NCBI GenBank assembly: GCA_964199315.1
Contig: OZ116707.1
Span: 7,254,001-7,318,000, forward strand
Reading direction: 5' to 3'
Source of the DNA: Orbicella franksi
Taxonomy: Eukaryota
DNA length: 64,000 bases
Positions 1 to 12,390 of this stretch are shown one piece after another; position 1 is the stretch's first letter, and each line of letters begins with the position of its first letter. The translations under genes were made by a program, and so were the position numbers. The notes under the pieces are model-generated. The model made no database searches. It worked only from the letters and a program-made list of their open reading frames with translations, and was not told the origin of the DNA.

Positions 1-434
1 CCATAATTGTGTAAAAGCCGCATAGCCTTATAAAGCTCTGACTCAAGTACCTGCAAAATTTCTTACGAGAAACATACAGCTTGTCACCGCATCAGTCACG
101 TCAAGCATCAAATGCTAAAAGAACTCAGATATGTATCAATCTTTTAAAATATTTTTTTGGATACCAATTAGAAAAGGACGTTTTGGTAAAAAAGGAAAGA
201 AAAAATAAGAGAGCTAAAAACTGCTAATGGTCAAAACCGGAAGCCAAGAGCAGTTTTTATGGTGTGCCAGAAACAATGAAGTTGTCAAAATATTTCCATT
301 GATGATTTACAAAATGATATCAGATTCGTTGCGACTCTTTTTACATCCCGCCTGTTTGTGCTAGCGCGTTCGTGGTCGACAATCGCTTTTCACCAAGCTA
401 CACAGAGTATTTGAAAAAAAGTATCGTCCCAAAG

Positions 435-2588
435 ATGTCAAGCAAAGCTGCTTTCAACTGTTCCTTTTTGGAGAAGGTGGACCTGAGTTTGCAATGCCGA
501 ATCTGGTGAGTTTCTTATGATAATGGTTCAATGTATTTATATTGAGATTTATACCATGTTGCATGTTGCTTTTCAGTTTAAATGTTTTCCTGAAGCCGGT
601 TACCCTGAATTGTGGACATTCGGCCTGTCAAAAATGCATCGTTACTCTGGCTAGAATTTCCCCAAAGTGCCATAGATGCCGTACGCCATTTACAGGGAAC
701 GGCCTTACAGTCAACTACATCTTGGACACCATAACAAGAGAGCTGAAGGTGAAATGTTTAAGTGAAGGCTGCACGTGGAGTGGTATATATCCCAGAGCGG
801 AGGACCACTACAATGAATGCCCTAAACTAGAGGAAACGTGCAAAAATGCGAACTGCAAGCACGTGGCAACCCAAGAAACCATACCTGCACATGAGGACGT
901 CTGTCCAAAACTTCTTCTCCCATGCAGTGACTGCAAATTGATGATACCTCAAGATGGCATACAACACCACCGTCAATCGACGTGCGTAAATTCACTGGTG
1001 CAATGCCCGTTAGATTGCGGAACAGTCTTACCACGGTATGTTGATTTTTCACAATTTCTTGAACAATCAATTTCTCAATAATTAAACCAGTTTTATAAGG
1101 ATCATGACATAAGTAGGATGTGCGCGGATTATGACGTATTTTCGAGGGACTTGAGAAAACACATAAATTTAGAAGCTTCTAAAATATACTAACTGTTGGA
1201 TATTTAAAATATTTTTTGGCGAGAATTAAAGGAGCTACGTCACGGACAACTAAACTTGAAAAAATTGGCAAATTTTTTCAAGTTTGTTGCTCATAATCCA
1301 TCTTAATCTTCATCAGTTGAAACCATCCTTGATTAATTTTCGTTGGTGTTTCTCTAACTATTATTTTGAGGTTTCCTTCAATTTGAAGCTAATCAGAAAA
1401 ATGACTTAAATGACTTACAGATTTCAAGTCCTCTGATATGTCTGTTTCAATTATGTGAAGATAAGGGACCATTCATTTTTTATGCCAAGGCTGGGCTTGC
1501 AAAACTAAGGGGTGGGTCACGATATCTCCAGGACATTTAGTGGTGGGTGGGGGAACATCAGGGAATCTGCGTACAAAGAGAGAGGCTATCTAGTCTTTAT
1601 ACTGTTGAACATTTTAATTTAATTACTTGCAAAAAACATTCAGACGACTTTACTCTTGGACAAAAAGTGTCCGAAATTTTAAAAGCACGAAATTTTTACA
1701 GTTACAAAGCAAGTTAATTACGTTATCAACAATCTTGAAAAGTCAATAATTTATGTCAATTAAAAACGTCTCTGTAAGGTATTTGTGGATAAAACCGTTA
1801 CCAGTCTTCGACTACCTTGTTACAATTCTTTGTTATATTGAAACTTGAAATAATAACCCATCTCAATTTCAGGAATCACGTTAACCTGCATTTGGAGCTT
1901 TGCAACAACAAAGCTATCGAGTGCAAGATTCCTGGCTGCAAAAGACTTGTGGCAAGGAAGGACTATCAGCAGCATGTAGTGGAGGCTGCTCAAAGTCATT
2001 ACCGCCTACAAGATGGGGAAATCCAACGACTCAATAGGATAATAAACAAAGAGGTAAAAAATATTGAGATTTAACACTATATTTATGACTACATTATACA
2101 AGCTTGGTTGTTTATTTCAAGTCAGTGAAAAGGACACAAAGGTAGTTAGCTTCAAAATATATTATTTTTTAAAACAGTATCTAAAACTTTTGCTTCTACA
2201 TCCAAAATGCAAACTTCCTGTTCAGAACTGGATTTATAATTAAATCAAAAGTCACCGCCTCTTCCCTATTTATGGGGCAGAAGCAAACATTTGCATTTTT
2301 AAATGACTGTGGATTATCCAGAAATGGCATACTCATCAACAAACTGTTAATGCATCCAACTTACAGGAGTGCAATGCAGAGAAAAAAGAGCTTAAAGTGG
2401 AAAGGGTTATCTCTTTTAAATGGGAAATAGAAGAGTTCCCCAACAATATGGATCTAATGAAGATGAGACAAGAGCCAATCACCAGCATCATATGCAGAAA
2501 CAAAAAAGACAGTTGGAGGGCACTGCTGACACCGGACATGGATTTGTTCCCGCAACTTGTGTCAGCAGCAAACCCAGTGACAGTATAG
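435..2588 (+). CDS. TRAF-like RING finger / TRAF zinc-finger protein; spliced exons ~435-505, 577-1035, 1873-2053, 2367-2588; MATH-like region ends at a probable premature stop
   Basis: ATG at 435. Canonical GT-AG junctions (gtgagt 506 / ttttcag 576; gtatgt 1036 / tttcag 1872; gtaaaa 2054 / ttacag 2366) join in frame to give a C3HC4 RING (CRICLNVFLKPVTLNCGHSACQKC...CHRCR), followed by TRAF-type zinc fingers (C-x4-C...H-x3-C). The last exon has a MATH beta1-like ISFKWEIEEF. TAG at 2586-2588 precedes an intact donor (ag|gtaaga). Confidence 0.8.
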
Positions 2589-2985
2589 ATAAGGTAAGAA
2601 AATCAACAATTATTCAATGAGTGTATGTTGGATAGAGGTAGATAGACAATGAGGCTCGTAGCTCCAGGTTAGCTTTAAACGTCTCATATTTGGCAAGCGC
2701 TAGTGGAATATTTGTTTCATATTCGAAAACCGAAAAATTGCATTAACAGCACTATCAAGCAGCTCTTAATGATGTTTACGCCTATACTGTGTAACAAGAA
2801 TATAAGTTTTCATTGAAATATTTGACTGGTATAACTTGGTTTCAATAGGTTTGTAGGCAAACTGTAAAAAATAATTGAAGCCGGAAATATGCCCAAATCA
2901 ACAGGTCAGTACCTATTATTTGAACCTATTACGAAGCGTAAAATATTAAGGCCGCGTATAGACCATTTATTTTCATCAAATGTAT

Positions 2986-3739
2986 CCCGGCGTGATCAGT
3001 CGATGACAATCAATCATCGGAAACCAATTGATCAATTGATATCAATCGATAACAATTAGTTAATTGTTATCGATTGCTATCGGCCAATCGATGACCAATC
3101 GATAATCACAAGCTCGAGTCCTTACTAGAAATACTTGGCTTGTATCTTGATATTTTAACCTATCTTTATGTAGTCACATCAATACGGGCCATAATGTGTC
3201 TGGTAGGGTCAGTCTATTTCTTACTTGTTCTGACTCGCGTCTTGAGATTGTTATTTGCAAGCTTCATGTTCGCAAGTATTAATCTTGTTTCATTTTTGTA
3301 CGATGGCAATGAGCAATTTCTTCCCATGGACGGCCAGTAACCAGAAAACTTTAAACCGTACGTTTCTGTTGTAACTTGAAAGAGTACGAACATTTTCATC
3401 CCAGTTTAGTTTGTGTTAACAATGTTAATTTTCTTGCATTATACCCGCATTTAGAGAGATCAATAAAGTTATTGTTACTGTTGTTGATGGTAACGATGAT
3501 CTTCACAATTACATGTCACCATATTTCTCCTGTCAAATCATTTTTTTACCTCCCCAAAAGATATGGTAATCGATGACAATCGATGACAATCGATGCCAAT
3601 CGATGACAATCGATGACAATCGATGGCAATTAAAAAACACAAATTTTTTGGCCATCGATTTCCGATATCAATCGATTAATTGTTATCGATTGCCATCGAT
3701 TGTTATAGATTATCGGTTTCATCGATTGATCACGCCGGG
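2986..3739. mobile_element. Non-autonomous TIR element (MITE) with ATCGATGACA-type subterminal repeats
   Basis: Ends CCCGGCGTGATCAGTCGATGA ... TCATCGATTGATCACGCCGGG are inverted repeats with 1 mismatch. Flanks AATGTAT on both sides (2979-2985, 3740-3746), or ATGTA if the terminal T/A is counted as part of the TIR. Confidence 0.85.
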
Positions 3740-4688
3740 AATGTATGTAACATTTTAACAGAACGTATAAAAATTCCAAGGTATGATCAGTGTTATATTA
3801 TCCTGCTGTGAATAAATGCAAAGTTAAGTATCCTCCAATAATGGTGTATGAAAATATCAAAAATATTGCAAACATAAATTAAAAATGAGAAAACATTTAA
3901 GGTAGCCTCCAAGAAATATGATGCATTGAATTGCATACATTTGGTATAACTGTACTTTTCAATAAATTGGTTACATTTTTTGCTGCCGTCAATCATCTTG
4001 GCATACCTGAAGAAATGAAGGCAAACAAATACTCACCTCAGCTAATTTATTCCCTTCAAATTGGAAAATTAGACTCCATTTTTTGGTTACTGTTTTCAAG
4101 GTTTATGCCTGGTTTTCAACCATATGCATGGTTGCAGTTGGAGTGAATAGCAATTTATATTTGAGTTTTGGAATTTTGCATGTTACTGAAAGGCACAATA
4201 AGTTAGATACTATTGACCCTTAGTAAGGGATTCTGATGCTTATATTATTACAACTGCGCACTTTTGTGATTGTATATAAACAATAAGTGAATTACTTACC
4301 ATTAACTACAATTATTTACCATCTTTATACATGAACATTAGAATATACATGAACATTTTTTAGGCATCAATGTTCGTATCACGATTAAAAATAGAATACA
4401 ATTAAACGACTGATTGAATGGTAAAGCAAGACTAAATAATGATGTAGCATGGTTTATTACAGACAACAAAGTTTTACATTTGTATAAAAAACTCTCTTAT
4501 GATGCAAACTGAAATATTACAAAATAAAAGAGAATCAATCTAGCCAACAGACTGTAAACTCATTAAGTTATCATCGTCATCATTATCATCATTATTATTA
4601 AATTACTAAGTAACTACAAACACCCGTTCTTCGTTCTTGTTTCCCCATGACATGTTTATTCAACGAGGGGCTCTGGGAGCAAGAAATA

Positions 4689-4832
4689 CAGTCGAATCCC
4701 GATAAACTCGAACCTTCAAGGAAAATCAAAAAAAGTGCGAGATATCGGGAGTTCCAGTTATCGAGGGTAAAATTAGTAAGAAAATGACCTGAAGGGGAAT
4801 CAAAAAAGGTTCGAGTTATCGGGATTCAACTG
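4689..4832. mobile_element. 144-bp Tc1/pogo-type MITE
   Basis: TA|CAGTCGAATCCCGATAA...TTATCGGGATTCAACTG|TA: inverted ends with TA target duplication. Confidence 0.85.
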
Positions 4833-6035
4833 TAATTTTGGAACCAGTCTATATCAGGTGTCGCCTGTCTCTGTCCCAGTCCCCTTAAAAATCAAACTCG
4901 AACAAGCAGTTTTGGGTGATACAAGCTCGATGATGTTTTTTGTTATTTTGAAAGTTTGTGCTCGATTATATTAAACAACTGTTTTCAAGCTCAATGAAAA
5001 GTAATCGAGTCGATAAAAAGTAATCGAGCTGGATGTAATTGCATAGTGCACGAATTAGATTTTCATACTTGACCAGATTTTATCGTGGTTTGTTGCCCAG
5101 AAAGGAAAATTGATCCTCTATTTGTTCCAACTAAATGTGGTGAACACCTAGTCATCTTGACTTCACTTTTGGCAAATAACCCATATATATCGCTGCCCAT
5201 TTTAACACAAGTTGTGCTTTCTTTCACAAACTCGCAGGATCAGTCAAAATACAAACAACAAGTAGAAATATACAGTAATAATGTAAATTGAAGCATCTAA
5301 AAAGAGAAAAAATTGAGCATATGTTTCCTGCAAGAGTAGTTTTTGGTTGTTGGGACAAATGCAAAATATTATTACTTCTGTACAAATTACTATACAAATA
5401 TTTTAGACACTAATTTTGTGTTCGTATTTTGCATGTTTTTTTGGTACAATAGTTTATGCAGTTTGATTTGCGATATGAAAGTTTTTCTTTACCTTAGTGC
5501 TTGTTCTTCTGTCCTGTTGATTTTCAATTGGACCCACTTCTTTTTTCCCTCCGTAGTCCTTTTTCTATCTTGGTTATCATTTGTACACTGCCGAGAAATA
5601 AAGACAAATTTGTCACTGTTATGTAAAAGGTGTACTGTGGTGAAATGTTGTATTTTATCCCATTTAAGTTGGGTAGCGAGTCTAAGGGCAAAATAATTTA
5701 TTCCATATTAGATTTGACCAAATTTGTAAAAATTATAAGAAATGACCACACCCTAAATATCTTGAATTTTACAAATTCCTTAAACTGCTAAGCAAGAATT
5801 TTTTTTCAGAAACTAGTTGAAAGAACTAAGAAGTCATGTGGAAACAACTTCACTCTCATTAATATTGTTTCTGATACAGCCCTCCAAAGAATGCCCAAAA
5901 TCGGCCAAATTAGCCTCCAGTACCATGAGTCCTAAACTTAAATGTCTCCTCTATAAAACACAGTTAAAAAACAATAAAAAGTTCAAGTTCCCAAAGTTCA
6001 CATTACTGAAGCTGAGAAAGTGATCCAAATGCATC

Positions 6036-6853
6036 CTAAAGTCGGAGTGCCCGGGAAACCCTGAGGAGGGTTTCTTCTGTTTCCTGAATGTACATGTTCT
6101 TGGCAGACTCCAAATGCCAGCCACCATGGCGCATGAGCAGTCTGTCGGGGATTGCTGCTGCAGCTGCTGCAGAAGCCCCATCGGATCTGAGGCTGTGTAG
6201 CCCATACTGCTTAGGATTAAGCCCTATGGCTTTCAACTGCTTCCTAACGAGCTCACTAGCTTTTGAATAAGTCAGCGGTTGCGGGCGGAGGGAAAAACCA
6301 TGTTTGGTATGGCATACCTTCCTGAATAAATAGACAGATAGGCCAGCGAGCAAGAACCTTTCCATCACTGCTACTGGGCAGGAAGAAGAACAGTTGCGTG
6401 CGACCAGGATAGAAGAACCTTCCCCCAACTGGTCGTTCTTTCTTTTTGCCAAGGAGATGGACATGTGGTTGCCGGTTATAAGCAGATCGCAACCCCTCAA
6501 ATCTTTAAGATCATCCCACCAAAGGCCGCAAAAGCAATGGAAATCAGGCATGTTATCTGGAGCTCACTGAGGTTGCCGCCACCAAACTTGCGTACCACTT
6601 CCTTGACTTGATCTGCTGTGATGGGCATTTTCCTGTTTATGGGACAAGTTCCTAGTATTCTAGTGCATGCCTCAAGCAGTTGTTTCATCAGAGTGTGATG
6701 AGAGGGGGATGGTAAGCAGGCTTTCTGATGTGCCCAAGCTACCCCAAAGGCTGCTGCTTGGATGGAAGCCAATGATTCAGTTGTCTGCAACAAATGCACT
6801 AAGTACAAGGAAAACTCAGGACCTGATGTTGGGAGGACTTTGATGCCTCTGGG
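6036..6853 (-). pseudogene. Tyrosine recombinase of DIRS/Ngaro-type retrotransposon, 5'-truncated and frameshifted
   Basis: N-terminal SAM-like integrase region (LYLVHLLQ...VAWAHQKA...LLEACTRILG...RKMPIT), then after a frameshift near 6520 KNDQ...SCPV...LF...YGLHSLRS(D)GAS...RHGGW...KNMY, matching the H-x-x-R, H/W and Y catalytic motifs of DIRS-type YRs. Confidence 0.85.
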
Positions 6854-6865
6854 TTCTGCTCACTT

Positions 6866-7070
6866 CAACACTTATAACTGTCGATCAACACTTGACAGTT
6901 ATAAGTGTTGATCAACAGTTGTAAGTGTCGATTGACAGTTATAAGTGGCGATCACCTGTTATAAGTGGAGATCGGCAGTTATAAGTGGCAATCGACAGTT
7001 ATCCTTTTCGACAGTTATAAGTGTCGATGGTCAGTTAATAAGTGTCGATGGACAGTTATTAAGTGTCGTA
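6866..7070. repeat. Tandem array of ~20-bp units (cgacagttataagtgtcgat), each quasi-palindromic
   Basis: About 10 degenerate copies read directly; the first copy is inverted. Confidence 0.8.
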
Positions 7071-7799
7071 AGAAAAAATAAAGAGATGCTTTCGATGACC
7101 CTTCTAAGCCACCGTACATATACCTGTGGCAGTCCCAGGAGTACTGATAATATTCTCACCCTCTTCCCTAGGACCAGCTTCAAGAACATCTGCACAATTA
7201 ATGAAAAGACACACACAACATATTGATACAATTAAAGCTATTTTGACTAAATCTTAGAAGGATTCAACTGCTTTCTCATGAAAGTTTGGTACATACATAC
7301 TTTATTTGATGAGTAGGTTAACAATAAGGCAGCCATAGGCTGATATGGACCTACTATATACAAATAACTACAAAATACAAACACTGCACATATGAATGTT
7401 ATCTGACCTCACAGGAATTCACCAAAATACATGTATGAGTAACAAATGAAATCAAAGGCATCCTGTGGTAAGCTCGTGGAGTAAATAAGATACTGTGTCA
7501 GGGAGCTGATATAGCGGATTATCAAGCCTATAGAGTGGCTGCAAATGCAGTGTAATACATTTTTCTGTCGCATGATTTCATTCGTTTGTTGTAGTTGTTG
7601 TATCTTGAGTCTTGCTCATTGATTGATATACTTTGTTGAATGGGAGTTTTGAAACCACTCTAGTAGAAGAGTAGTTTATTCAAGAAATACTGTAATAGCA
7701 AGTAACAGTTTATTAGCAATAACTGTAAAGGTACATTTATTCGTAAACGCAACTGTACTGCACAACTGAATGCCAGTGCATACATACTATTGTACTTTG

Positions 7800-8220
7800 A
7801 AGTATCGATGGAAACAGGACAGAATAAAGTTTGTTTGTCCCTTGAACGTGCTTGATCCTCTTTCTTCACGTTACATGCACTGTATATGTTAAACTCAATG
7901 TTGGCATTCAATCAATTGAACTGTAACAGGAAAGATCAAAGTCTGCTTGTCCTTTAAACATGATTGGTCTTCTTTTCTAGTTGTTTTAAACACAATAGCA
8001 GTGAAAATTTCAATTATATTGGTGACACACTATCGATGGGAACTGCAACAGGAAAGATCAAAGTTTGTTTGTCCTTAAAATGTAATCGATCCTATTTTGC
8101 GGTTGTTTTAAATACAACAACTGAACATTTCAGTTTTACTGCTGAAACACTATCAATGGGAACTGTACCAGAAAAGATTAAAGTTTGTTTGTCCTTTAAA
8201 TGTTCCACTGCTTGTTGATC
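7800..8220. repeat. ~120-bp degenerate tandem repeat (3-4 units) in the Helentron 1 3' region
   Basis: Recurring core (t)atcgatgggaactg..caggaaagatcaaagtttgtttgtcct near 7803, 7920, 8035 and 8155. Confidence 0.75.
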
Positions 8221-8227
8221 TTTGTTT

Positions 8228-10422
8228 TTAGTTAACTTTGTTGGATTTTAGTGGTTTGTCCTTTGTTTTCTCTGTTGCGTTTCTGTCCTTTTGTCTTGGT
8301 GTACTTTGTTTGTTTCTTTCTCCTTGCTGAGATTCCTGTGATTGCTCCTGGCTGCTGACATTGGGTATGGATTTCAGTAGCTGTTCATCTGTTACTTCCT
8401 CCTGAGGGTGCTGTCTCATGTTAGTTACAAGCCTTTGGTTAGGCGAAAGTTGGAAGTCTACATTTTCGATCAGCAGCATTTTTTCAATCAGGGTGTCGGT
8501 GTCTTGTTTATAACTGTATATATCTTCGGATAGGAAGGCGCTGATTATTTTGGGAAAAGCAGTAACCTTGTATATTGTGTCATCTTTCTCTAAGTGGAAG
8601 TTTATGTTCATTTCATAGTAACATTGCTTCAACAGCATTGCCCTGTTGCAGCTTCGACAGTGGATTACCCGTGATCCTGCTGTGTTGAGAGTGATCTTTT
8701 TTGAACAATCTTTGTTGTTGCAAACTGGGTAGGCATTTATGGCTACATTCATTATGCTTGGGTAGCACAGCCATTGGGTGTTGTCTTTGGTTATGGCACC
8801 CTGAGACAAGTCTTGTGGCTCAGCATTCATAATCTGTGTTGTCTTGGTTGTAGAGAGACACTTGCCATAATAATATCTCAGTTTGGTGTCTGTTATGGTG
8901 TAAAATTTATTTTCATCCAGTTGCTTGATATGATCTTGCCATACAGACAATTCGATTGTGCCATGCTATCATAGAGAAGCACATTTCTCACCACAGCCCC
9001 ATTTTTTTTCTGTAGTAGTTTCAGGGCCACTCCATTTAATCATTCCACTGACTGTAAATATACCAGATGTCAGGCTTGTGAGCAAAGAGTCAATCTTTGT
9101 TACTTCCTTTGTTGGTGGAGAAAATTTGAAGTCCACATCATGTGGAGGTGCATCAAATACTGCACTGCTGTAATTGAAGAAAAGAGTTCCAGTGCTTGAA
9201 ACTTGTAAGTGCTTTACCATAATTGGTTTTTGTGCAACCATGGCATCAAGAAACAGTTGACATTTTGAAAACTTGTGTGCCTTCACCATTACTTTGAAGA
9301 CCGTTTTTGTTCTTGTGCTCCTTGCAAATGGACATCAAAGAAGGTGTTGGATGACTGACTACTCTTCTGTATTTCAGTACAGACTTGCACATACCCTACC
9401 AAATCTGCAAGGTAAAACATACATGTTAAAAAGAGTTTGTATCATATATGGTTAGGGCTTGTCCTACAACATTAACATTGTTTAATCTCTTTTAGACCAG
9501 TCTTGTTTACCTGTGTTGATTATACATGTAGTAGCAAATGGTAGAGTGCATTTTGATTGGCCTATGGGAGTTTTTGATCAGAGTATGGATGCAGGATTGA
9601 AATCATGAATTGCACTCAGAAAGGTTTTCATCTCAAAATATTTTGCTTTTAAAATCATTGTATAAGACAAATTGATTCCATTTGGCAGTGCATGTGTACT
9701 CTTATAATGCACAGAGGACATCAAAATGTGGAAAGAATGTGAGTCACGGTACTTGGCTGTGGGTCATCGCATACACACCCTGTACTTCTTTGTTCTTACC
9801 ACGTTTTGATGTCATCCCTGCATTATAAGAGTACTGCAAAATGGAATCTATTTGTCAAATACATAGAGATGCTTGAATACATAGAAAATCAAATCTTACC
9901 GGTCATCTTGCTGGGTGAGCAAGGTGGTGATCCTCCAAATTTCATACGTTTTGGGCTCAAGAGGCCAGTGGGCAGTCCTATGCTCTGCCCTATAACAACA
10001 GATCACCAGAGAGTGTATAAATATTAACAAGAATATTGTTTTTTTTGTTGTTATTACTATTATTAGTAGTAGTATTATTATCTGGATTTCAACTTCTTTT
10101 TATCTCTTTGACTAGTGAAGTAAATTTTCATTGAATGAGGTGGTTCTAACTTCATCATCTTTGAACAAAACCATGCGAAATTATCACTTCTTAGAAAGCT
10201 AGTGAGAATTACTTTCATGTGGTGCTGTTAGTTTTTGAATATTGTGTAAATATTTTTGTCAAAGTTTTTTTCAGTTTATTACTTTTGTACACTTGGTATA
10301 AGAGCTAAAGGGTTACAAGAGTGGAAACTGCATTTTTCAAAGGGAAAGAAAATGCAAATTAATCAGAGGTTCTTACTTGTTGTGTCACTGGAGGGTGAAG
10401 ATGCAGGGCTTGAGGAAGCCAT
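8228..10422 (-). pseudogene. RPA1-like multi-OB-fold ssDNA-binding protein with Zn ribbon (Helentron 1 cargo), spliced and frameshifted
   Basis: First exon MASSSPASSPSSDTT (ATG 10422, donor gtaaga). Main exon DLVGYVQV...FFDVHLQ, OB-like FTVSGMIKW...GTIELSVWQD...YTITDTKLRYYYG, and CNNKDCSKK...CRSC (C4 ribbon as in RPA70 DBD-C). Frameshifts near 9290 and 8970. Confidence 0.65.
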
Positions 10423-10459
10423 TGCTGCAACTGTAAAGGAAAAGTAATCACATGATGTT

Positions 10460-11125
10460 TTATTTGCCATGGGACAAACAAATGAATATTGGCTTGTGAT
10501 CACTAACATAGGATTCTAGAGTACCCGAGTGTTCTACCTGAGCTGGTATACTAGTATAAATATGATCAAGGAGGGAATGGTAATCTGTTGTGCACTGAGA
10601 AATAATTTGTGTAATTTGTGTATTCTGCAACTTCTTCTTGCTTAATGATTCCTCTAGAAGATTGACATTGAAGTCACCAAGTATTACTACTGGAGTAGTG
10701 CTGGAAGATTCTGGTAGCAATGCATCCAACAACAGATTTAGTGTGTTAATTAAGACTTGCAGTGGAACTTTATTTTTTGAACGATATATCCCAATTATGT
10801 GTAAATTTGGAATTGGGTGTTTTAGTACTGTAACAGTTATTTCTACATCATTCATGTTAAACCTAGTTGGTGTGGTCAGACACGTTAATGTGTCTTTTAC
10901 ATAAACTGCAGTCCCATAACAAGTTCTAATATTGCTGTTTGGGCAGTAGTCATTCCTGAACTTGAAACCATCAATTTGGTAATGGAAAGACGAGTCTAAG
11001 GAACAAAGAGAGGTCTCAACACAAATATTTATATCCGCTTCCTGAACATTAAAGTCAGATGCAACATCCTCATGATGCAAATGGAGAGACCTTACATTGT
11101 GAAAAATGATTTTAAAGGTATTTGT
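10460..11125 (-). pseudogene. AP-like endonuclease (EEP) domain at the C-terminus of Helentron RepHel
   Basis: FKIIFHNVRSL...ICVET...YGTAVY...IGIYRS...ILGDFN...LDHIY...SDHKPI. In frame with the helicase ORF across a TAG at 11126-11128. Confidence 0.9.
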
Positions 11126-12390
11126 CTAGGTTTGTTTATATAATGATGGAATACAAGGTTCTAATGGTTGTGTTCTTAGTCTGTGCATTTCTTCACTGAC
11201 TTTAAGGGAGACAGAGACTTTCTTTTCATTCAAGTTAAGTATATGTAATCCTGAAATATTACGAGCTCTACTAAGCGCAACATAATGCATGTGATCCCTA
11301 CTTGTTGAGGGGAGGTCAGCAACTAATTCATTAAGTGTATCACCCTGGCAACGATGGATAGTGTTTGCTGCAGCTGGTCTTAAAGGAAATTGCCTTCTTA
11401 GAACTTGAAGTTGATTTCTGTTGGATATTTTGAATTGTCTTGTTATTTCGAAAATTGGTGTCATCTTTTCCATTTTATCTCTTAATAAAAAAGAATATTC
11501 TTTGCGTTGCTTATTGCCTATACTTCCATCTGAGAATGTTACCCAAATAATGCTTGGTCTCTGAGATTCTGCAACTCTATAGTCAATATCTTGCACTACA
11601 CATTCTGCTCCATTGGTTAGTTTATCACTTACAATGTACGTCAACATTTATGGTCAAGTCATACTTTGATCCTACTGTAATATTAAGTTTTTTGTATAAG
11701 CCCATTGTTTTTGAAGGATCATCAGGGATTTTTTTCTTTACTTCATCTTTCAATTCATCGGATATATCACCAATAACAATGTCTATAGCATTTCTCTGAG
11801 CTTTTGCACTTTGGGACAAATTGAACACAGCTTCATTGTAGGCGTTTACTAATGCATTGCTTGAAAATACATGTGTCAGGGAGGCTGGATAATTTGGTTC
11901 ACCTGGTTTTGATTTCAGAAGTCTTAATTTAAGTACTGTGATATCATCTTGGGTCTGCTTCCCTTCTCTTAAATGATTTAACAGTTCTGCAAAATCTTTA
12001 TCATCCTTTTGGCGCATTATTCCTGTTAGCTCAAACATGGAAAAATATTCTTTCCATATGTTGGTAGCAAATGCACTGTAAACATCATTACTTCTTTCAA
12101 AAATCCACTTGTCAAAAACTGGTTGCAGTTGATATAAGTCTCCTACAGCAATTATACTTAAGCCACCAAATGGTCTGTTGGTATCTGTTATTTGTTGGAG
12201 TCTCAGATTGAGAAAATTAAACATACCACTTCCTACCATTGAGATTTCATCAATAAATATAACTTGCAACTTTCTCAATTGTGTTCTAATGGTATTCAGT
12301 TGATCTCTGTCCAATGTGCAGTAACTACATGTAAAACCTCTGTTTACTGGTGTTTTGAATGCAGAATGCAATGTATTCCCCTTTATATTA
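11126..12390 (-). pseudogene. PIF1-family helicase part of RepHel (Walker A missing), frameshift near 11640
   Basis: GNTLHSAF, IFIDEISMVG, PFGGLSIIAVGDLYQLQPV, IMRQKDD, LTNG, RQFPLRPAAANTIHRCQG, YVALSR. Confidence 0.92.

Noticed and set aside
5085-5696. Hydrophobic 68-aa and 117-aa ORFs
   Set aside because: AT-rich low-complexity sequence with no domain or splice support.
6036-6853. Bacterial prophage integrase / contamination
   Set aside because: Motifs match the DIRS-type eukaryotic YR pattern, and the flanks contain spliceosomal introns and animal TEs.
6866-7070. Possible CRISPR array
   Set aside because: Units are contiguous with no unique spacers, there are no cas genes, and the context is eukaryotic.
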